From: Chloroflexota bacterium
Lineage (GTDB): Bacteria > Chloroflexota > Anaerolineae > Anaerolineales > Villigracilaceae
DNA: 64,000 bases
Reading direction: 5' to 3'
Assembly (NCBI GenBank): GCA_016223135.1
Contig: JACRPQ010000005.1
Span: 176,873 to 240,872, forward strand
A program made the position numbers and the translations under genes. The notes beneath the pieces were generated by a model. The model did no database searches. It was given only the letters and a program-made list of their open reading frames with translations, and had not been told where the DNA came from. Shown piece after piece: positions 17,875-26,116 of the stretch (position 1 is its first letter; each line of letters opens with the position of its first letter).

Positions 17875-18543
17875 TCAGTCATCTGCAGCGGCGCGGGCAA
17901 CTTCTTCCGGTTCGAAGACGACTTCCTCTTTGCCGGTCAATTTTTGCTGTACTTTCTCCACAATCAGCCGCAGGTGACCGGAATGGGAGACGTAGTCCAG
18001 GTCATCCGCAGGGACGGCAAGGACCGGGCAAAGGGTGAAGTTATCTATCCACTCTTCGTACAGCCGGTTCAGCCCCTGCAGGTATTCGGGGGAAATGGTC
18101 CGCTCATAGTCCCGTCCGCGGCGGGCGATGCGGTTGATGAGGGTGGGGACGGAGGCTCGGAGATAAACGACCAGGTCCGGGGGCGGAAGGAGGCGGGAGG
18201 TCGTCTCGTAGAGGTCGCGGTAGGTTTGGTAATCCCGCTGATTCAGGTATCCTTGAAGGAACAGATTATAGGCGAACACCTCGGCGTCTTCATACACGCT
18301 GCGGTCCTGCACGACGGAAGTGGGGTGCTGTCCCAGTTTGTGATGGGATCGCAGGCGGTGCGTGAGAAAAAAGATTTGTGAGTGAAACGCCCAGCTATTC
18401 ATATCCTGATAGAAATCTTTGAGGTAGGGATTTTCGGTGACCGGTTCGTAGAACGGCTCCCATCCCAGACGAACACAAAGCATCTCCACGAGCGTGGATT
18501 TTCCAACACCGATATTCCCTGCTACAGCAACATATTTTTTCAT
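17875..18543 (-). CDS. Deoxynucleoside kinase
   Basis: P-loop AGNIGVGKST, EPV..NPYL..FYQD, QDRSVYED, PDLVVYLRA. Confidence 0.92.
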   Translation of the reverse strand: MKKYVAVAGNIGVGKSTLVEMLCVRLGWEPFYEPVTENPYLKDFYQDMNSWAFHSQIFFLTHRLRSHHKLGQHPTSVVQDRSVYEDAEVFAYNLFLQGYLNQRDYQTYRDLYETTSRLLPPPDLVVYLRASVPTLINRIARRGRDYERTISPEYLQGLNRLYEEWIDNFTLCPVLAVPADDLDYVSHSGHLRLIVEKVQQKLTGKEEVVFEPEEVARAAADD

Positions 18544-18570
18544 GTCTCTCCTCCGAAACACAAGCGCAAA

Positions 18571-19380
18571 TTAGGGAATCTCACCCGCCAGCTCTTTATC
18601 TATGACCTGTTTGAAAATATCGAGCGGCTGGGCGCCCACGATGGCAAGACCGTTGATGAAGAAGGTGGGGGTGGAACGCACGCCCAGGTTCATGGCAAAG
18701 TCGAGGTCAGCCTGAACGGCTTCGCGGAACCTGCCTTCTGTGATGCAGGAGTTGAACCTTTCCATGTCCAGCCCCAATTCTTGGGCATACTGCGCGTACA
18801 CGTCGCTGCCGAGGGCGTTGCTGCTGAAAAGTTTTTCATGGAATTGCCAATAGGCATTTTGTTCGCCGGCGCACATGACGGCTTCAGCGGCGGGAAAGGC
18901 GTCGGGGTGGATGGACGTCAGCGGGAAATGGCGGTACACCAGGCGAATCTTGCCCGGATAGGCATTGAGCAACGGCTGAAAGACCTGTTCATGCCAGCGG
19001 CGGCAGAAGGGACACTGGTAGTCGCTGAATTCAACGATGGTGATGGGCGCATCTTCCGGACCGATGGAGGGAAATCCATCGGCGGCAACCTCATAGCGGA
19101 TAAACTGCGGCTGTGCCGTAACGGGCGCTTCCACCACCGGACCTTGCGCCCGGGCGGCTGTCACCGGGCTTTTCTCCGCCGGGACGTATCCCCAAACTAC
19201 ATAGCCGAGCAGCACTCCTGCGGCAAAGGCAAGGACGGTCAAAATGGCGTAAAAGTGGCTGACCTTGAAAGTGAAAGACTCTTCTTGTTCGGTCCCCGCT
19301 TCCTCAAAAACTTCCGGTTCGATGACCACTTCCTCTTCGACTTTTTTCTTTCGTGTGGATTTGGTTGGCATGCCGGGCAT
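18571..19380 (-). CDS. Membrane-anchored DsbA/BdbD-like thiol-disulfide oxidoreductase
   Basis: GPEDAPITIVEFSDYQCPFC, HFPL, GVRSTPTFFING. Confidence 0.9.
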   Translation of the reverse strand: MPGMPTKSTRKKKVEEEVVIEPEVFEEAGTEQEESFTFKVSHFYAILTVLAFAAGVLLGYVVWGYVPAEKSPVTAARAQGPVVEAPVTAQPQFIRYEVAADGFPSIGPEDAPITIVEFSDYQCPFCRRWHEQVFQPLLNAYPGKIRLVYRHFPLTSIHPDAFPAAEAVMCAGEQNAYWQFHEKLFSSNALGSDVYAQYAQELGLDMERFNSCITEGRFREAVQADLDFAMNLGVRSTPTFFINGLAIVGAQPLDIFKQVIDKELAGEIP

Positions 19381-19523
19381 TATAACATGCCCCCCCTAGA
19401 GGCAACTTTAAGGCTGGAGCAGACGTATACTTAATACCCCATGAAAACGCATAATGGGCGTTTTCTAATGTTTGCTTTGCGCTAAAGAACGCAATCTATG
19501 CAGTGACTATTTTGGAGGTAGAA

Positions 19524-19748
19524 ATGACCGCACGTGAAAATCGCATTCCCTGGTATCTATGGCCCCTTACCGCCATTTGGAAACTGCTCGCCGTCATCGT
19601 CGAAATGACCGGGCGGCTGGTTGCCATGATTCTCGGCATCGTGCTGATGATTGTTGGTGTGCTCATCAGCCTGACGGTAGTCGGCGCGATTGTAGGGATT
19701 CCGCTGGCAATTGTGGGGTTGTTGCTGTTCCTCAAGGGCATCTTCTAG
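19524..19748 (+). CDS. Small membrane protein
   Basis: RBS GGAGG; hydrophobic; ISLTVVGAIVGIPL motif. Confidence 0.7.
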   Translation: MTARENRIPWYLWPLTAIWKLLAVIVEMTGRLVAMILGIVLMIVGVLISLTVVGAIVGIPLAIVGLLLFLKGIF

Positions 19749-19755
19749 GATGGCA

Positions 19756-20436
19756 TCAGAGAGAGGGGGTGGGATGTGGAGTCCGCTTTCGAAGGTGTGC
19801 CAGGATTCGGTCCCGCAGTGAAGCGACAGCCCTCCGCACCGGCGGGATGCGCAGAATCAGGAACAGGAGGACGACCAGCCCATAAATCAACGGGCGCACA
19901 ATTTCTCCCTGTAGGGCAAAGAAGCTGCCTTTTTTGCTCCAGGCGTAGTGCAGCACAACCAGCGGCGCGATGATGTAAACCATTTGGTGGAGGCGTTTCC
20001 AGTTCCTGCCCAGCCGTTTCTTCCAGATGTCGAAGGATGTCCACGCAAGGGGGATGAGCAGGAGGAAGGAAATTACACCTATGATGATGAATGGTTTTTC
20101 GAAGATCGTTTGGGTGATGAGACTCCACGCCAGCCCGTAGTCGAGATGTAAAAAGATAAGCACATGGACGACCGCATACATGAAGGCATACAGCCCCAGT
20201 GTGCGGCGGCGTTTGAGCGCTTCCGTCCAGTGGAAGAGCGTGTGGAGCGGCGTGCAAGCCAGCGACAAGACCAGCAGTGTGATGGCATGACGCCCTGTGC
20301 GCTGTTCCAGCGCCTGGATGGGGTTGGCAGTGAGGTTATTGGTGAAGAATTGAAACACCAGGATGACCAGCGCCGACCACGCGTACACATGTATGGCAAT
20401 TTGAAGCGGGGTATAACGTTTGAAAAAGTTTTTCAT
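19756..20436 (-). CDS. msrQ: Heme-binding membrane subunit of methionine sulfoxide reductase
   Basis: LACTP, RRTLGLYAF.Y..VH, WKRLHQMVY, LHY; directly downstream of msrP. Confidence 0.9.
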   Translation of the reverse strand: MKNFFKRYTPLQIAIHVYAWSALVILVFQFFTNNLTANPIQALEQRTGRHAITLLVLSLACTPLHTLFHWTEALKRRRTLGLYAFMYAVVHVLIFLHLDYGLAWSLITQTIFEKPFIIIGVISFLLLIPLAWTSFDIWKKRLGRNWKRLHQMVYIIAPLVVLHYAWSKKGSFFALQGEIVRPLIYGLVVLLFLILRIPPVRRAVASLRDRILAHLRKRTPHPTPSL

Positions 20437-20473
20437 GTAAATTAATAATGACACTACTGCAAAAACCTTGAAT

Positions 20474-20544
20474 TCTCACCACGGAGGCACAGAGTCACGG
20501 AGTATTCTTCCTTTTTTAATCTCGGTGACTCCGTGTCTCCGTGA
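20474..20544. repeat. Palindromic intergenic repeat built of roughly 9-bp units
   Basis: CACCACGGAGGCACAGAGTCACGGAG ... CTCGGTGACTCCGTGTCTCCGTGA. Related arms at 23611-23638, 37130-37185, 44505-44535, 52612-52642, 55552-55620. Confidence 0.7.
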
Positions 20545-20571
20545 TTTGATTTTAGCCTTTTTGCAGTGAAC

Positions 20572-21531
20572 TCAATAATACACGCTCAAATCCATGCCGG
20601 CGTAAAGATGCGCCACCTCTTCCGCATAGCCGTTGAACATCAGTGTGGGGCGGCGTCCAAACTCGCCGATGCGGCGTTCCGTCGCTTGTGACCAGCGCGG
20701 GTGCGGCACTTCGGGATTTACGTTGGAGTAGAAGCCGTATTCGTTCGGTCCGACCATGCTCCAGAGCGTGGTCGGCTGTTCCGCGACCAGTTCGATCTTC
20801 GTGATGGATTTGATGGACTTGAACCCATACTTCCACGGCACGACGAGTCGAATCGGCGCGCCGTTTTGGTTGGGCATGGGCTGTCCGTATAAGCCGGTGG
20901 CAAGGATGGTCAGGTCATGCAGTGCCTCGTCGAGCCGCAAGCCTTCCTGATAGGGCCACGGGTAGAAAGGACTCTTTTGCCCGGGCATTTCTTCGGGACG
21001 ATAGACCGTCTCGAAGCGCACATACTTCGCGTCGGAGGTCGGTTCCACCTCCTTCAGCAGGCTTGCGAGCGTGAACCCCGTCCACGGGATGACCATGCTC
21101 CACGCCTCCACACAGCGCAGGCGGTAAATGCGTTCCTCCTGCGTGAAGCGGCTCAGCAGGTCTTCGATGCCGTACGTCTTCGGCTTGTTGACCAGCCCAT
21201 ATACTTCCACTGTCCAGGGTTTGGGATTGAATTTCTGCGCCAGCCGCGCGACCCCTTCTTTGTCGGTGGTGAACTCGTAATAGTTGTTGTAGTTGGTGAT
21301 GTCTTCATAAGAATTGGCGGGATCGCGCAACTCATCCGCTTTGCCGCCTGGAATGGCAGACGCTTCGGACTCAGGGACGGTTGATTCAGTCACGGACGGC
21401 GCACACGCCGCGAGCAGCGCCGCCCCGCCCACAATGCCGGCAGCCTTGAGAAAGTCCCGCCGCGAAAGATATTGCGAATACGGCGTAATCTCAGAGGATT
21501 TCACGGGAACGGATTTGAATTTGTGAGTCAT
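20572..21531 (-). CDS. msrP: Molybdo-methionine sulfoxide reductase catalytic subunit
   Basis: Tat signal SRRDFLK; [44 protein letters not shown]. Confidence 0.96.
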   Translation of the reverse strand: MTHKFKSVPVKSSEITPYSQYLSRRDFLKAAGIVGGAALLAACAPSVTESTVPESEASAIPGGKADELRDPANSYEDITNYNNYYEFTTDKEGVARLAQKFNPKPWTVEVYGLVNKPKTYGIEDLLSRFTQEERIYRLRCVEAWSMVIPWTGFTLASLLKEVEPTSDAKYVRFETVYRPEEMPGQKSPFYPWPYQEGLRLDEALHDLTILATGLYGQPMPNQNGAPIRLVVPWKYGFKSIKSITKIELVAEQPTTLWSMVGPNEYGFYSNVNPEVPHPRWSQATERRIGEFGRRPTLMFNGYAEEVAHLYAGMDLSVYY

Positions 21532-21555
21532 GTCTTTTCCTATTGAACTTCAATA

Positions 21556-21608
21556 TCATTCTGAGCGAGGCGACACTTGCACCGCACGCAAGTGCAGGCG
21601 AGAATCTC
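21556..21608. repeat. REP-like element with an inserted hairpin
   Basis: TCATTCTGAGCGAGGCGA...AGAATCTC interrupted by the palindrome CACTTGC-N7-GCAAGTG (21574-21594). Confidence 0.5.
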
Positions 21609-21639
21609 TGATCATGTTGTTGAGACCCTGCAAAAATAA

Positions 21640-22197
21640 TCAATATGTTTCAAGCAGCAGCGCCTTGATGTTCTCTTCCGTCTCGGCATATCTTCCTTCG
21701 CCGACATGCACGTAACGGATGTGACCCTGCTTGTCTATCAGGTACAGTGTGGGCCAGTACTGGTTCTTGTAAGCCCGCCAGGTTGCGCCGTCGTTATCCT
21801 GTGCAACCGCATATTCAATTCCGAATTTTGCAATCGCGTTCTTTACGTTCTCGATGTCCCTTTCATACGAGAACTCGGGATAATGATTGCCAATGATGAC
21901 GAGCCCCTGGTCGGCATATTTGCTGTGCCATTCCTTCAAGGAAGGAATCACATTCTGGCAATTGATGCAGCCGAACGTCCACATTTCCAAGAGGACCACT
22001 TTGCCTTGCAGGTCGGCGAGCCGCAGTGGAGAGGAAACATTCAGCCAGATATCATTCGTCAGTTCAGGAGCAGGTCCCAGGTCAGGCAGCGAGGCGGTTT
22101 TGGGCATGGACAGCTCCTCCGCTTGTTGCTGGAGGTTGCTTTGGGGGGCGCATCCAAAAAGGATGAAGGCAAGCAATCCAAAAAAATAACGTCGCAT
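21640..22197 (-). CDS. Thioredoxin-fold (redoxin, DipZ C-terminal-like) lipoprotein
   Basis: Lipobox LFGC; WTFGCINC; GNHYPEF; YWPTLYLID. Confidence 0.88.
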   Translation of the reverse strand: MRRYFFGLLAFILFGCAPQSNLQQQAEELSMPKTASLPDLGPAPELTNDIWLNVSSPLRLADLQGKVVLLEMWTFGCINCQNVIPSLKEWHSKYADQGLVIIGNHYPEFSYERDIENVKNAIAKFGIEYAVAQDNDGATWRAYKNQYWPTLYLIDKQGHIRYVHVGEGRYAETEENIKALLLETY

Positions 22198-22219
22198 GGT
22201 CGGTCTCCTTGATGACGTT

Positions 22220-22252
22220 ATTCTAAGGAGACTTCCTTACAGAAAGATTACG
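22220..22252 (-). promoter_or_regulatory. Putative response-regulator-dependent promoter (redoxin-msrPQ)
   Basis: Minus strand CGTAAT-N5-TGTAAG-N10-TAGAAT. Confidence 0.55.
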
Positions 22253-22338
22253 CGATGATGAAAAGACCCTAAAGGTTTTGAATCAACCTCTCGAAGGATT
22301 GTGAACAACCTTGTTCTATCGAAGGACTTTCGGGGTGT

Positions 22339-23571
22339 TCATGGAAGGCGGAACGTGAACTGTGTGCCTTTGCCCACTTCGCTTTCGACCGTGATCTCGC
22401 CCCCGTGCGCACGGACGATGCCGCGCGCGATGGCAAGCCCCAACCCCGCGCCGCCCGTGCCTCGATTGCGAGACTTCTCGCCGCGGTAGAAACGCTCGAA
22501 GACCTGCTGGAGGTCTTCCGCGCGGATGCCTTCGCCCGTATCGCTGACGGTCACTTCCACGCCCTGGCTGGTTCGCCGCACCCACACGCTGACCCTGCCC
22601 CGCACCGTATGCCGCAGCGCATTGCCGATCAAATTGTTCAGCACGCGCCCGATGGCTTGCGTGTCCATGTGGACGGGGTCAACCTCCGGGTCAACGTTGC
22701 CTTCGAGTGTGGTTTCATTTTGTTTGGCGAGTTCGGTGAAACTTTCGAGCGTGTCCGAAACGAGGTCGCTCAACGAGGCGTTTGCCTTATTGAGCGGAAA
22801 ACCGCCTGCGTCGAGTTGCGCCATCTGGAACAGGTCGTCTATCAAAGCGGAAAGATTTCGCACGTCGCGCTGTGCCGTGTTGAGATAACGCTTCACCGTT
22901 TCGGGGTCGTCCACCACGCCGTCGGCAACCGCTTCCAGGATGGCGCGCATGGACGTAAGCGGGGTTTGCAAATCGTGGCTGACCCAGGCAATCAGGTCGC
23001 GGCGCATGGACTCGAGGTCGCGTTGTTTCTGGTCGGCGGCTTGTAATTGTTCTGCCATCTGGTTGAAGGCGTTGGCTAGCACACTGACCTCGTCACGTCC
23101 CTGCACGGGGACGCGGATATTCAAGTCTCCTTTTGCGAGTTTTTCCGCCGCCGCCTTCAATCCATGAATGCGTTCCGTCACTGTGCTGGAGAGAAAGTAT
23201 CCCAGCGCCATCGCCATGCCGCTGGCAAAGACCAGCAGGATGATTGCCAATAATAAGTCGTGCGGACTGACGAACATCATCTGCGCCGAGAACCACACGT
23301 TGAAGAAAGTGAGAATACTTGCCAGCGCATATCCGCCGAGCAGCGTCCAGTGCAAGGTGGGGGAATGATTGATCCAGCCGAAGCGATAGGCGGCGTATCC
23401 CGCCAGCGCCGAGATCAACGCGGTGATGCCAAGATACAACGCCATCAATCCCAGTTCGTTCATCGGCGGCACCATGATCAAAACGAAGATGCCCAGCGAG
23501 ATGGCGACGATCAACAAGACGCCAATCGCAAAGCGGGCGAGCGGGGGATTTGGGGTGAGGGTGGTTTTCAT
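22339..23571 (-). CDS. 4-TM HAMP sensor histidine kinase
   Basis: HAMP domain; H-box VSHDLQTPL; N-box NLIGNALRH; G boxes DTGEGI, GAGLGL. Confidence 0.95.
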   Translation of the reverse strand: MKTTLTPNPPLARFAIGVLLIVAISLGIFVLIMVPPMNELGLMALYLGITALISALAGYAAYRFGWINHSPTLHWTLLGGYALASILTFFNVWFSAQMMFVSPHDLLLAIILLVFASGMAMALGYFLSSTVTERIHGLKAAAEKLAKGDLNIRVPVQGRDEVSVLANAFNQMAEQLQAADQKQRDLESMRRDLIAWVSHDLQTPLTSMRAILEAVADGVVDDPETVKRYLNTAQRDVRNLSALIDDLFQMAQLDAGGFPLNKANASLSDLVSDTLESFTELAKQNETTLEGNVDPEVDPVHMDTQAIGRVLNNLIGNALRHTVRGRVSVWVRRTSQGVEVTVSDTGEGIRAEDLQQVFERFYRGEKSRNRGTGGAGLGLAIARGIVRAHGGEITVESEVGKGTQFTFRLP

Positions 23572-23731
23572 AAAAACTCTTTAGACAGCGCTTTGAAATT
23601 CATTTTCCAGCCACAGATGAACATAGATATATCTGTGGTGAATTTCGATTTATAAAACACTCTCTTAAACACAAAGGATAAAGGACTTAAAGCCTTGAGT
23701 TGAAAATGCTTTGTGCCTTTGCGGTAAAAAA

Positions 23732-24436
23732 TTACGGCTCGAACTTATAACCCACACCCCACACGGTCAGCAGCCGTCTGGGTTTCGATGGGTCGTCCTC
23801 GATCTTCTCGCGCAGGCGCCGCACATGCACGGTCACGGTGCCTGGGTCAATGTATTGCGCGCCGCCCCACACGCGTTCCAGCAACTGCTCACGCGTGAAC
23901 ACCTGTCTCGGATGACGCGCCAGCAGGTACAGCATGTCGAACTCCTTGGCGGTGAGATCAATGGGATTCTCTTTAACGGTGACCACGCGACTCTTTGGAT
24001 CAATGGACAGATTCTCGAACGACAGCGCCCGGTCATTCCCCGCCTCCGCCTGCTCCCGTCCGAGACGCCGCATCACCGCCCGAACGCGACTCACCAACTC
24101 CTGCGGGCTGAACGGCTTGACCACATAATCGTCCGCGCCCATTTCGAGTCCGGCGATGCGGTCTATCTCCTCGCGGCGCGCCGTCAGCATGATGATCGGC
24201 ACATCGGAACGGTCGCGCAGCCAGCGGGTCAGAGAGAGACCGTCCACTTCGGGGAGCATCAGGTCCAGGATGACGAAGTCGGGTTGCGAGCGTTCGAAGA
24301 AAGTCATCGCTTGTTTCCCGTCCGAAGCGATCTGCACGCCATAGCCTGCGCGCTTGAGATACAGGCTGACCACTTCCGCGATGCTGGCTTCGTCCTCCAC
24401 AACAAGGATGTTCTTTGCGTTCATTGGCATGATCAT
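23732..24436 (-). CDS. OmpR-family response regulator
   Basis: LVVEDE, ILDLMLP, GADDYVVKPF, winged helix ...TVWGVGYKF. Confidence 0.96.
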   Translation of the reverse strand: MIMPMNAKNILVVEDEASIAEVVSLYLKRAGYGVQIASDGKQAMTFFERSQPDFVILDLMLPEVDGLSLTRWLRDRSDVPIIMLTARREEIDRIAGLEMGADDYVVKPFSPQELVSRVRAVMRRLGREQAEAGNDRALSFENLSIDPKSRVVTVKENPIDLTAKEFDMLYLLARHPRQVFTREQLLERVWGGAQYIDPGTVTVHVRRLREKIEDDPSKPRRLLTVWGVGYKFEP

Positions 24437-24475
24437 ACTCCGAGTTTTGCGAAACGGTGAAAGTGTTCAGACTTT

Positions 24476-24519
24476 CGTAATGATTTTACAGCCGTTTTGT
24501 AAGAGTGAGTCAGTATGAT
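24476..24519 (+). promoter_or_regulatory. Putative response-regulator-dependent promoter (Met-rich redoxin-ccdA)
   Basis: CGTAAT-N16-TGTAAG-N10-TATGAT. Confidence 0.55.
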
Positions 24520-24546
24520 GCGGGGAACTCAAACAAGGAGAAAAGA

Positions 24547-25212
24547 ATGAAGACAAAAAATATTGTGTTACATGGGATGTTGTTGCTGGTCTTTGTGTTG
24601 GCGGCATGCAGCGGCGGAACTTCGAATGATGTAATGGACAAGCCTGAAGACGCCATGATGGAAAAGCCGACCGAAGAAGCGATGATGGAGACGTCCACCC
24701 CCGAAGCCATGATGGGCGATCAGCACAACAATGCAATGTCGGATGACGCGATGAAGGAAACGCCCGCATGGTATTCCGTTTCGCTGACGGATGTGAACAC
24801 GGGCGAGTCATTCACAATCAACGATCTCAAAGGCAAGGTCATCCTTGTCGAGACGATGGCAGTGTGGTGTTCCAACTGTCTCAGTCAACAGACCCAGGTG
24901 AAGGCATTGCACGAAGCCCTCGGCGAACGCGATGACTTTGTCAGTTTGGGAATTGATATTGACCCGAACGAAGACGCGGAAAAACTTGCGTCGTTCACTT
25001 CATCGAACGGTTTCAACTGGAAGTACATTGTCGCTTCCCCCGAAATCTCCGCTGAATTCGCCTCGTTGTACGGCGGTCAATTCCTCAACCCGCCCTCGAC
25101 TCCCATGCTGATCATTGACCGCAAGGGTGTTGCGCATCCGCTTCCCTTCGGTATCAAAAGCGTGGATGAGTTAATGAAAGCGCTCCAGCCGTTCCTGGAT
25201 GAGGCGATGTAG
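24547..25212 (+). CDS. TlpA/redoxin lipoprotein with a Met-rich N-terminal linker
   Basis: Lipobox VLAAC; DAMME/EAMME/EAMMG repeats; thioredoxin motif WCSNC; RBS AAGGAG. Confidence 0.88.
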   Translation: MKTKNIVLHGMLLLVFVLAACSGGTSNDVMDKPEDAMMEKPTEEAMMETSTPEAMMGDQHNNAMSDDAMKETPAWYSVSLTDVNTGESFTINDLKGKVILVETMAVWCSNCLSQQTQVKALHEALGERDDFVSLGIDIDPNEDAEKLASFTSSNGFNWKYIVASPEISAEFASLYGGQFLNPPSTPMLIIDRKGVAHPLPFGIKSVDELMKALQPFLDEAM

Positions 25213-25258
25213 CCCTCACCCCCTACCACTCTCTACCCCTCTCCCTATGGGAGAGGGG
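25213..25258. repeat. REP family CCCTCACCCC..CCCCTCTCCC-NNN-GGGAGAGGGG
   Basis: Hairpin at 25236-25258. Other copies at 35579-35605, 58823-58872, 59455-59496, 63958-63982. Confidence 0.8.
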
Positions 25259-25268
25259 AGAAAACATT

Positions 25269-25940
25269 ATGGAAACCATCCTCACCTCCCTCTCCCTTGG
25301 TCTGCTTGCTACGACCAGTCCCTGTGTCCTGCCGCTGTATCCCGGTTTTCTTGCCTACCTCAGCGGCGGGCAGGAGGGAATGACGAATAAAGCAGGTCGT
25401 TATTTCCTCGGGTTCTTCGTCCTTGCCGGCGTGTTGACGATGATGCTCGCGCTTGGCGGGATCATTGCGTTGTTGTCCGTTTCGATTGGCAGGGCGTTGT
25501 CCGTTATCATTCCGCTTGCGGACACGGTCATCATCCTCTTCGGCATTTTGCTGTTGTTGAATATCAACCCCTTCAAAAGTCTGCCGCAGGTGCAGGTGCC
25601 TGTGCTTTCGCATCCGTTCGTCAATGCGTTTCTCTACGGTCTGTTATACGGACCGATCGCATTGCCGTGTTCGGGTCCGCTGGTGGTGAGCATCTTCGCC
25701 CTCTCGCTTACCTTCACCGAAACGTTCAGCCAACTCAACGTCTTTTTCTGGTTCGGCATGGGATTTGGCATTCCGCTCCTGCTGTTGTCGTTTCTTTCCG
25801 GTGCGGCGCAGCGCTGGATCACGCGCCAGTTTGCGATGCGCGCCCGTTTGATTAATGTGGTCAGCGGGTTGTTGCTGTTGGGTGTGGGGATCTATGACCT
25901 GAGCGTCAACTGGTCGTTGTTGCAGGCGTATTTTGTGTAA
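25269..25940 (+). CDS. ccdA: CcdA/DsbD-like transmembrane electron transporter
   Basis: SPCVLPLYP and ALPCSGP motifs; 6 TM helices. Confidence 0.88.
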   Translation: METILTSLSLGLLATTSPCVLPLYPGFLAYLSGGQEGMTNKAGRYFLGFFVLAGVLTMMLALGGIIALLSVSIGRALSVIIPLADTVIILFGILLLLNINPFKSLPQVQVPVLSHPFVNAFLYGLLYGPIALPCSGPLVVSIFALSLTFTETFSQLNVFFWFGMGFGIPLLLLSFLSGAAQRWITRQFAMRARLINVVSGLLLLGVGIYDLSVNWSLLQAYFV

Positions 25941-26008
25941 TTGAGCGTAAAGGCGACTCGATCAGGGTTGCCTTTACGCTTTGGGAGCAACGTGTCTCTT
26001 TATTCTTT

Positions 26009-26116
26009 CTAGCCACCCGACACTTTTGTTTTGGGACGCAGATGAACGCTGATTTAAGTTTTTTCTGCGTTTATCTGCGTTTTTCAGCGTCCCATTTGAA
26101 ACTGTCAGGTCGCTAG
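26009..26116. mobile_element. MITE family A, copy 2 (108 bp, uninterrupted)
   Basis: Reverse complement of the 11373-11620 element without the nested insert; flanks TATTCTTT / TACTCTTT (7/8 duplication). Confidence 0.85.
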
